Below are positions 55,580 to 64,000 of a stretch of DNA of 64,000 nt, piece after piece. Both the position numbers and the translations under genes were made by a program. The stretch is from Octopus vulgaris (Eukaryota), in contig OX597814.1 of the NCBI GenBank assembly GCA_951406725.2, positions 148,552,001 through 148,616,000 of the forward strand, given 5' to 3'. A model generated the notes under the pieces. That model saw nothing but the letters and a program-made list of their open reading frames with translations. It was not told the origin of the DNA and did not search any database. Every line of letters starts with the position of its first letter. Within the stretch, counting starts at the first letter, position 1.

Positions 55580-56450
55580 CACACACAGCGTAGATGCAAC
55601 AAAAAACCAATGCTGTGATTTTTTGAGTGTTACTACATGAGCGACCTCGTAGACGAAAATGGTGTTCATCTTAGGGGATACCGATAACGTATGCATGATG
55701 AATAGACAGAAAGAGGATTGTTTCAACTCATGGAACACAGATTATGTGATCAAGCTAGAGCAATAAGAAAAAAATCGTTGTTTCACATAAGTAGAGCTCG
55801 GAACTACCAAATCGCACAGCAGAAAACAGAGGTGAACTCAATAATAAACCACAGGAAAGGAAGAGTGAGGGCTTACTCGATGAGACATATAACTGGTTTG
55901 GAAGAAGACAATAAAACTAAAGATGGGCGAAACAAGATACCTACGACAGAATAAAGCCAAGACTACAGGAGAACGATAGCGACATTATTTGTAAACTTAT
56001 AAAGGTTGATCGGTGGAAATTGAACCAAGAATCGAAAAATTTAAATGAAATTCTGAAATACATGGAAGCAAAAAATATCACAGAAACAAGCAATCTGATT
56101 AAGGCAGCAAATATTATTGTAGCAGAAAATGTGGATGTTGATGTCAAGAAAAAAGAAATGTAACGGAAGTGACAAAAGGAAAGATCCATGGTGGAAAAGA
56201 AAAATACAGGCGGAGTTTGATATGTTCTCGAGGGACATTTCTGTGATAGACCGAAAAGAGAAGTGGGAGCTTAAAAGCGAACAAAAAAAATCAGGCACAA
56301 AGCAGGAAGTATAATATTGAAACGAAGGGCTTGAAAGTTGTAATGTAGGAACTGAAACAGTTGCAAAGAAAGCCCGGTTCGAAATTTCCCCAAGACACCT
56401 GATGAAGGCTGGAGGGTATATCAACCGAAACGTTGTTTTAACAACAAACT
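55580..56450 (+). pseudogene. Decayed N-terminal part of an R4/Dong-clade ORF
   Basis: ECYYMS...RGYR*RMH...RGLF...EHRLCDQARAIRK, ITETSNLIKAA..IVAE, DPWWKRKI, ELKQ. Confidence 0.75.
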
Positions 56451-56612
56451 AGATGGGGACAAATATTCGTCAAATGTAAATAATTTAGCTCATGTAAATT
56501 ATGGGCTACAGACAAACGCAACTGAATATGTGTAGGATAAATTATATTACACCAGTAATACGTTGTGTTTGTATCGACAGTTTTGCAAGATGTTAATAAT
56601 TTATTTGCTTCA

Positions 56613-57050
56613 TTAACATATTACAATAAAAGCAGCCTGGCATTGAAAGTAACAGTGATCGTGTTGCAGTGTCTGAAGCCATCTTTCTGTTAGCTCTTTA
56701 ATGAAATATTGATTCCGTTTCCACCAAACACAAAGCATCACATGTTTTCGAAACTTCTCGTGTTTGGTGACAGGTTCCGGCACTTGTCCTTGCTTAACCA
56801 CTGCTTATTCTCGTAAGGATTGCAAAAAAAATATATTTTCCTTGGATTATTACTTGTCGCGATCCATGGTTCATTTTCTGCGCTCGTGATGTTTTATAAA
56901 CTGAGATGAGGCAGAAACTTTGGTGAAGGAGTAAAGAATTGGTATCAGCGCTGCACGAAACAAAATAACATAACAGTGGTTGGTTCAACATGACGATCTC
57001 TACCATGGACGCTAGGCTCCTCTCGCTGTAACTCGAGGATTAAAGCAAAT
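56613..57050 (-). pseudogene. Internally deleted mariner relic
   Basis: VKQGQVPEPVTKHEKFRKHVMLCVWW is joined directly to the C-terminal IKELTERWLQTLQHD.CYF. Confidence 0.65.
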
Positions 57051-57482
57051 AAGTTACCAAAATATAGCAACACTTTTCACTCAACACAATAAATAAGCAA
57101 TGCGTTTGTTCCAGACAATTTTAATAACCATACGTAATAACGTTAATGAATCAACTGCAATTTATTAATTATTTATACATGTTTCACTGATTAATACAAT
57201 GTAGTTTACAAATAAATATTGAAACATTCATAAGGGAACAACGTGAATTTATTTCATATAAGCAATTAAGCACAAATTATTTGACGAAACACAAATCAAA
57301 TTTCCATTCATAATATACGTAGTCATTATTTGTTAATTTTAATATGATTAAATTGTGTGATTTAAATTTAAATCCCTGGTTAGCTTTTGTGTAATATAAG
57401 CAGGATTCTTTTGCGACATTTTCAAAATAGGCTGCTGTTATACGTTTTGCATACACTACATTATAATTTGAAGAATGCTTTA

Positions 57483-57549
<67 letters not shown>

Positions 57550-57779
57550 TTATATTTATTTTTGTTCAATTCTGAAAAGAATTTGCCTGATGTAAGTGAA
57601 GGTACTTGTTAGAATTTCGAAATATTTATGTATAATTTTGCGAGGTTAATTAATGATTATTTAACGATACCTGAAAACAATGCTATCCTCAAAAACTCTT
57701 TTTAAAATCGCGTTCAAAAGTTGTTGTTGTTGTTGTTATTATTATTACTATTATTATTATAATCATTATTACTATTATT

Positions 57780-57987
57780 GAGTAGTCTTCATTTTATTGC
57801 GTGATTTCATTGCACAACCGAGTGCAGCTCTGTGTTTATTGGGTAATGTGCTGCGATTTGATGTAGTGATCTTATGTTCTATGTTGCAAGTGCTTTACGT
57901 AGGATGCGTGCTGTGCCTAGTTGTGCTATTTTTGTATGTTATATACACCTGTAAGTCCTGGTGTTTGGTGATGTATTTGTGTGAATG
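57780..57987 (-). mobile_element. Short 3'-end copy of the R4/Dong family, (TAA)n on both sides
   Basis: Aligns to 58373-58590 (accgag.gcagctctgtgt, cgtaggatg.gtgc.gtgcctagt, tgtaagtcctggtgttt). Confidence 0.9.
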
Positions 57988-58015
57988 TTATTATTATTAT
58001 TATTATTATTATTAT

Positions 58016-58354
58016 GTGAAGGCGCATGGTTCAGTGTTTAGAGCTTCGAGCTTACGATCGTTAGGTTGTGAGTTCGAATCCTGGACTGAGATGCGTGTTG
58101 AGTTCTTGAGGAAGACACGTTATTTGACGTTGCTCCAGTTCACTCAGCTGTAGAAATGAGTTTTGACGTCAAATGTTTCAAGCTGTAACGGCTCCCAAGC
58201 CTCCCCTTGGATAACGCTGGTGGCGTGGAGAGGGGAGGCCGATATGCATGGGTGACTGCTGATCTTACATAAACATCATTGCCCGGACTCGTGCCTTGGA
58301 GGGAACTTTCTAGGTGCAATCCCATGGTCAGTCATGACAGAAAGGGGTTTCAGC
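58016..58354 (+). mobile_element. tRNA-derived SINE, family C
   Basis: A-box-like tggttcagtgtttagagc and B-box gagttcgaatcc (58070-58081), then cttgaggaagacac...cactcagctgta. (TAT)n lies on both sides. Confidence 0.8.
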
Positions 58355-58475
58355 ATTATTATTATTATTATTCAGTAGTTTTATTTTTATTTTTATAGCG
58401 TGCTTTCACTTCACTACCGAGCGCAGCTCTGTGTGCCTTGGGTATGTGCTGTGATTTGTTGTGATGCTCTGATGG

Positions 58476-58761
58476 TTATTGTATGGAAAGTGTTCTGCGT
58501 AGGATGTGTGCAGTGCCTAGTAGTGCAATTTTCTGTATGTTATATGTGTTTGTAAGTCCTGGTGTTTTTGTTATGTATTTGTCTGAATATTTTTTTATCA
58601 TGCCTAATGCACCTACTATGATAGGAATTGTTTCTGTTTTCAGATTCCACATTCTAGTTACCTCTTTTTCCAGGTCTTTGTATTTTGAGAGTTTCTCCAT
58701 TTCTTTTAGAGACACGTTGTCATCTGCCGGTACTGATACATCAATTAGAAAGCATTTTTTT
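58476..58761 (-). CDS. Frameshifted C-terminal continuation (RLE endonuclease)
   Basis: One extra A in the A7 run (plus-strand T at 58755-58761) gives HEEKKCFLIDVSVPADDNVSLKEMEKLSKYKDL...IPIIVGALG...ILRRTLSIQ*. Confidence 0.85.
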
Positions 58762-60619
58762 CTTCATGGTCTCTGACAACTATATCTGGTCTGTTGGCCT
58801 TAATTTCTCTATCTGTGTGTATCGGCATATCCCAGAGTATGGTTGCTTTCTCGTTTTCTGTGACCTTTTCTGGTGTGTGCCTATACCATCTTTTTTCTGT
58901 TGTTATTCCATAATGTTGGCATAGCTTCCAATGTATGTAAGTTCCAACTCTGTCATGTCTGTGAATATATTCCTTCTTAGCCAGGACTGGGCAGCTAGAG
59001 ATAATATGATTTATTGTTTCTTGTCCATCTCCACATATTCTGCAGTTACTTGTAATATTTCTTTTCATTACATGTTTTTGGTAATTTCTGGTGGGGAGGC
59101 TTTGGTCTTGTGCTGCAATTAAAAATCCCTCTGTTTCTGCTTTGAGTCCTGAGCTTCTCAACCATTGCTGGGATTTTTCTTTGTCTATTTCTTTTGCGTT
59201 TAGTTTAGTCCAGTATTTACCATGAAGGGGCTTTTCTTGCCATCGTTTTATCATGGTTCGTTGCTGTTCTATTTTTAGTTTGGATTTCATTTTTTTTATA
59301 GCTTTTGTTGTTTCTTCATCTTCTTCTTCTTCTTCTTCATGTTTATTAGGTGGTATGATTTCTTGTTTGTATTTGTCAGCTTCCTTAAATACTGAGAACA
59401 GTTTTTTGTTTTGCTCGTGTTTTGCCGCTATCTGGATCAGTTTTCCTTCCTTCTGAAGTAGATATTTTTGCAGTTCTATGGTGGTTATTTTATAGTAGTT
59501 TTCCAGCTGTATAAGGCCTCTACCACATTCTATACGTTGTATATATAGTCTTTCTATGTCAGATTTTGGGTGATGCATCCTAGATCCTGTCATTATTTTT
59601 CTTGTTTTCCTGTCTATTTTGGTCAGTTCATTTCGTGTCCAGTTAAGGATATTGTAGCTGTAACTTATAACTGGGACAGCTAAAGTGTTGATACCTATTA
59701 TCTTGTTTTTAGCATTGAGCTCTGTGTTTAGTATTGATCTAACTCGTCTATAATATTCTTTTTTTATTTTCTCTTTCATTTGTGTGTGTTGTGTCTTATC
59801 TAGTTCATGGATTCCTAAGTATTTGTAAGTTTGGCTTTGGTCTAATTCTTTTATTTCATTTGCTTCATCTAGTGTGATGTTGTTACTCTTAACTAGTTTT
59901 CCTCTTTTCATGGTTACTTTGGCGCATTTTTCTAATCCAAATTTCATATCTATTTCTTTGGTAAATCCATGAACTGTCTTTAATAGTGTTTCCAGCTGTT
60001 TGTCATTTGCAGCGTATAGTTTTAGGTCATCCATATATAAAAGGTGGCTGATCGTTTTGCCGTAACATTTATATCCGCATCCAGTTCTATTTAGCATATC
60101 AGATAGAGGTGACAGTGCCAAGCAGAAAAGGAGTGGAGAGAGCGTATCTCCCTGGAATATTCCTCTTCTAATGGGGATGTCTTTGGTTTTCATGAGTCCC
60201 TCTTTTGTTTGGTGGTGTAGGACTGTTTGCCATTTATTCATAGAGTGCTCTATGAATTTTATGATTGTTGGTGCTACTTTGTTAATGGCTAGTGTTTCGA
60301 GGATCCATGTGTGGGGGATGCTATCAAACGCCTTTTTGTAGTCAATCCAGGCCATACTGAGGCCTTTCTTCTTTCTGTGGCTGTCTTCAGTTATGGCTTT
60401 ATTAATCATTAGTTGATCTTTACAGCCATATGAGCCTTTGCGGCATCCTTTCTGCTCTTCTGGGAACAGTTTGTATTCGTCCAGGTGCTTGTTCAGCCTT
60501 TGTGATATCACTGCAGTAAATGCCTTGAACATAGTAGGGAGGCAGATTATTGGTCTGTAGTTTTCTGGTTTTTCTGTTTCATTTGATTTTGGAATTAAGA
60601 TGGTTTTCCCCTTCGTGAG
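58745..60619 (-). CDS. R4/Dong-clade polyprotein, partial (reverse transcriptase, CCHC zinc knuckle, start of restriction-like endonuclease)
   Basis: LTKGKTILIPK..NYRPIICL, EQKGC, WIDYKKAFDS, GIFQGDTLSPLLF, HLLYMDDLK, YKYLG, CRIC...ETINHIISSC, RHD, WD, RPDIVV. Confidence 0.9.
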   Translation of the reverse strand, partial: LTKGKTILIPKSNETEKPENYRPIICLPTMFKAFTAVISQRLNKHLDEYKLFPEEQKGCRKGSYGCKDQLMINKAITEDSHRKKKGLSMAWIDYKKAFDSIPHTWILETLAINKVAPTIIKFIEHSMNKWQTVLHHQTKEGLMKTKDIPIRRGIFQGDTLSPLLFCLALSPLSDMLNRTGCGYKCYGKTISHLLYMDDLKLYAANDKQLETLLKTVHGFTKEIDMKFGLEKCAKVTMKRGKLVKSNNITLDEANEIKELDQSQTYKYLGIHELDKTQHTQMKEKIKKEYYRRVRSILNTELNAKNKIIGINTLAVPVISYSYNILNWTRNELTKIDRKTRKIMTGSRMHHPKSDIERLYIQRIECGRGLIQLENYYKITTIELQKYLLQKEGKLIQIAAKHEQNKKLFSVFKEADKYKQEIIPPNKHEEEEEEDEETTKAIKKMKSKLKIEQQRTMIKRWQEKPLHGKYWTKLNAKEIDKEKSQQWLRSSGLKAETEGFLIAAQDQSLPTRNYQKHVMKRNITSNCRICGDGQETINHIISSCPVLAKKEYIHRHDRVGTYIHWKLCQHYGITTEKRWYRHTPEKVTENEKATILWDMPIHTDREIKANRPDIVVRDHEEKNAF

Positions 60620-60671
60620 CAGATGGTTTTCCCCTTCGTGAGCTGATGGTTATTATTATTATTATTATTAT

Positions 60672-61250
60672 TGTCATTTCCATTTAACTTGTCAGAGCTC
60701 TCGATTTCACTTGCACCGAATAATTTGGCAAGAGAGGACAGCAACCTCTTGTCAAATATCTCACAGCGTCTCTTTCCACGATACGTAATTCACAACAAAG
60801 TACCAATCTCAAATTCTTCGCTGTCCCCAAATAAATCAATTTTCTCACTATGTTCTTCCCTCATGTCTCTCCCAATATCTCCTACATATTTCTGATACTT
60901 GGATGTTGAACCTCCCACTACCCCTACAAATTCTGTGACGACAATTACTGTCTTCATTGCCTACATTCGTGCAATTTCATCTATTTTTGGCTTGTACTTC
61001 TCAATCTTCTCCAGCTCTTTGTCACCCACTCGTGCATCACCAGTTATTACAATATCTATGATGTTGTCTTCCTATATTCTTTTATCCAGTAGATCAATGT
61101 CTAATCTCCGAACATCACTCATGACCTCACGCTGCATTGTAAAATCTAAGCTCTTATATTCATTATTCTCGTTGATGCCTTCTGGTTTAAGCTCGTTCCA
61201 GGTCAATGTCCTTTGAAAACAGTACTTCTCACAAAATCTCTATTGAGCAA
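60672..61250 (-). pseudogene. Old, decayed R4/Dong-clade 3' fragment (RLE domain plus 3' UTR)
   Basis: KPEGINEN..DF.MQ..RRLDI..DK..IIDIVITGDARVGDKELEKIEKY..EIARM*AMKTV. Its 3' end runs into the (TAA)n at 60651-60672. Confidence 0.8.
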
Positions 61251-62102
61251 ATCTGTTTTACGCAGAAACAACGCGGAAACATTGATAAACCTGTCATTAC
61301 CAGGAAGCAAGGATTTCAATTCTCCTTTTGTAAGTCAATTCATTTCACAGAAATGTGTGATTCTGAAGCTTTCCTAGAATGAGTATTTTCATTGTTTATC
61401 GGTTAAGTCATGGGAATTAATTAGTAGAAATGCTAGCTTTATAAACACCACAGCTCGGATATTGTATCTAGTAATTTCAATAGTGTGAATAATTTAGAAG
61501 CACAGAAGTGCTAGGCGCTGATTTTATAATTGCGAATTTTATTCTTCCCACCCAGAACTTTTGGTTGATTATCTAATTTATCCCGTAACATATGAATGCA
61601 TTTCCTCAATTTAATTTATTTTTTACTATTCCATGTCTTTTGTGTATGGTTCGATATGTATTTGGGGTTTCAAATTTTGCTTCAAATTATAGTTGTGTAA
61701 CAATACAAGGCTTATATTTACTTGAATGACCAGTTACAATAAATTGAATTTGATAGAATGTACAGAACTATTTTGTCTTCACTTCATATGTATTTCTACA
61801 ACTGATTACATTGATGTTTCTCTATTGAAAAACGAAAAACAAATGACGTGACACTATGTCGTTAATGTGACGGGGAAAATAAATGAATATCATGAGTTTT
61901 AATTTTATTCTGCAAACCATAGTTCATTCTTTTCTACAAAGAAGAATCTTTCTTGTATATATATATGGCAACAATAATTATCGTTCTTAAAATATTTAAA
62001 TATACCTGAGGTCTCGATGGATTGGGATTAGATTTGGTTACTGCTATTCTTGTTGATTTTTCAAAACTATTTTACCCTGGTTCTTTTAACGATTTAAATT
62101 AG

Positions 62103-62336
62103 GATGAAGATCCATCTAACATTGTGTATTGCAGTATTGTTTTACCTAAGGAGTGTATCATTGAAAGGTCGCTTCGTTTTGAAGGTGATAGCTGTCATTT
62201 GAACAAGACTGAACTTGGTGACTCCAGGAGCATTTATGACGGCATAAAGGGTCCCTGTTTTTCGCATTCGATTTCAGAGATGTACAATATATGTTGCTTC
62301 CAAGATGAGTTCTGCAAGACAAGCGAAAATGTATAA
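62103..62336 (+). other. Candidate Cys-rich coding exon or pseudo-exon
   Basis: A 77-codon non-repetitive open frame follows an AG, has 7 Cys and ends CCFQDEFCKTSENV*. No homolog recognised. Confidence 0.25.
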
Positions 62337-62964
62337 GAACATGAGATATATAGATAAAATGAATCAACAAAAAAGTAAATAATGAAGTTGTCTTAAAGAA
62401 AACAAAGACTGAATATCGACCCGGTTGTTGAAATTATTTATTAGTATGGCAGCAAATCCAAGATAAAAATGATAATCACGTTGACATTTTCAAAATGCCT
62501 CTACTGAAAATGAAAACGAAAATATGCTATTTTTATCACAGGGTAATTTTCTCATTCTATACAATTTTATGTACAGTTTAAGATAATGAAGTATTTGATT
62601 TTCTTTAGTAAGTTTACGGATAAAATACAGATAAAAAAGTATCCATTCTAAATACATTATTTGCACACATGTTGCTAACAGATTTTTTATAACGCCCAAT
62701 TTTATAGAATCACAAAAGCACGCTTATATTTTCATTTCTGGTGAGCTGTTGAAACTATAAGCTGATATATGAAACGGAAGTTTAATCCCATTTTTTATTT
62801 ACATTTAGTCAATAAAAAGAAAATCATATAAAGAATGTCAGAAACGTTGTAATTTCAAGCTATAGGCATAACATATTCATTTATCAGTTGCAAGAAACTT
62901 TACAAATGTCGAATAAATAATAGTTAATGTTTCGAAACATTATCAATTCTATTGAATGTAGTTA

Positions 62965-63362
62965 GCCGGTCCGGCATCGGTCGCTCGCTCCAGCGCCATC
63001 CATTTTCGGGGCCGGTCGATTCGGCAGGTAAGTTGTTACACACTCCTGAGCGGATTCCGACTTCCGTGGCCACCGTCCTGCTGTCTATATCGACCGACAC
63101 CCTTTCGGGGATCTAATGGGCGAAGCGTAGGGCACCTTAGCCGGACGTTCGGTTCATCCCACATCACCAGTTCTGCTTACCAAAAGTGGCCCACTTGGCA
63201 CCGTGCATTCGTCGTCGCATAACGGCGGCCGCCTCCGATCGGGAGAGGAGCGGCCCGTTTCGCCCGTTCCGAGTTCGAGAGTAGATCGAGGCCGTCAACG
63301 TCCCCGGGGCCTCCAGTCGTTCGCTTTACCGGACGGAATTGCGTGTCGTTCTCCCGCTGGCG

Positions 63363-63405
<43 letters not shown>

Positions 63406-64000
63406 CGGCTCGATTGGTCTTTCGCCCCTACACCCGGTTCCGACGATCGATTTGCACGTCAGAGGCGCTTCGGACTTCCACCAGAGTTTCCTCTGGCTTC
63501 GTCCCGACCGGGCGTGGATCGCCATCTTTCGGGTCCCTGGCCGCCTGCTACACCTGAGTCGGAGCGGGAACGCCGGAGGACGCGAGCGTCGCGGCGAACG
63601 CGCGGACCCGACCCGGGAACGATGCTTCGAAGCGCCGTCCCGCCAGAAGCGAGACGGCGACGTCGTGTCACGTTCTCGCTTTCGCTGTGCCGTCGGAGTT
63701 CGCGAAGTGAAAGGCTCCAACGACTCGCAGTCGACTGGGACTCCTCGGTCCGTGTTTCAAGACGGGTCGGGTAGGTTGCCGATGCTCGTCGCTGACCGGC
63801 GGCAGCGGGCGGCTTTTCGGGCGGAAGGTGTCCCGCGACCGCAACGCGCGTCGCCCCTTGCGAGGGTTTCCGCGCAGTCGCGGCGCGCGGGCGGCCGCGT
63901 CGCTCGCGACCTCCGCAAAGAGGCCGCGCGCGACTCGCTGCGTCGTTCGTGCTAAGGGCGAGGTGCGTTTGCCCGTCTCCGTCGGTTAGCCGTGCCTGCG
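62965..64000 (-). rRNA. 28S rRNA: 28S rRNA gene fragment (about D2 to D6), 3'-truncated, continuing beyond the window
   Basis: Reverse complements of conserved LSU motifs: gacccgtcttgaaacacggacc, tagtagctggttccctccgaagtttccctcaggatagctgg, gtgggccacttttggtaagcagaactgg, gaaaatggatggcgctggagcg. Confidence 0.97.

Larger units (their letters stand above)
58373..60651 (-). mobile_element. Young 5'-truncated R4/Dong-clade non-LTR retrotransposon inserted in (TAA)n
   Basis: RT, CCHC and RLE domains lie in one ORF apart from a single frameshift. A short 3' UTR runs into (TAA)n at 58355-58372, and (TAA)n also flanks the 5' side at 60651-60672. Confidence 0.95.

Noticed and set aside
58021-58095. tRNA gene
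   Set aside because: A and B boxes are present, but there is no acceptor stem or poly-T terminator and the sequence continues into a SINE body.
62950-62980. R1, R2 or R4 insertion site as the cause of the 28S truncation
   Set aside because: The junction is well 5' of those target sites, and the adjoining DNA shows no retroelement features.
63203-63955. 250-aa ORF and overlapping ORFs
   Set aside because: They overlap GC-rich 28S rDNA, where stop codons are scarce.

Overview
AT-rich, microsatellite-dense eukaryotic DNA, intergenic or intronic. The SINE families, the repeat landscape and the divergent GC-rich 28S suggest an octopod cephalopod (inference). I can support no intact host gene, and most listed ORFs are translations of microsatellites. 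The window holds: (i) many R4/Dong-clade non-LTR retrotransposon pieces sitting in (TAA)n tracts, including a young 5'-truncated copy at 58373-60651 inside a stack of four insertions; (ii) Penelope-like element (PLE) RT and GIY-YIG relics; (iii) RTE, CR1/L2-like, L1/Tx1-like and mariner relics; (iv) three tRNA-derived SINE families; (v) many fold-back elements; (vi) a 3'-truncated 28S rRNA on the minus strand at the right end. The most notable signal is a near-perfect 312-bp palindrome (39242-39553). Each arm encodes a type I hammerhead ribozyme, on opposite strands. Several other hairpins and short microsatellite-embedded elements carry decayed hammerhead cores. All alignments and folds were done by eye, so boundaries of decayed elements are approximate.
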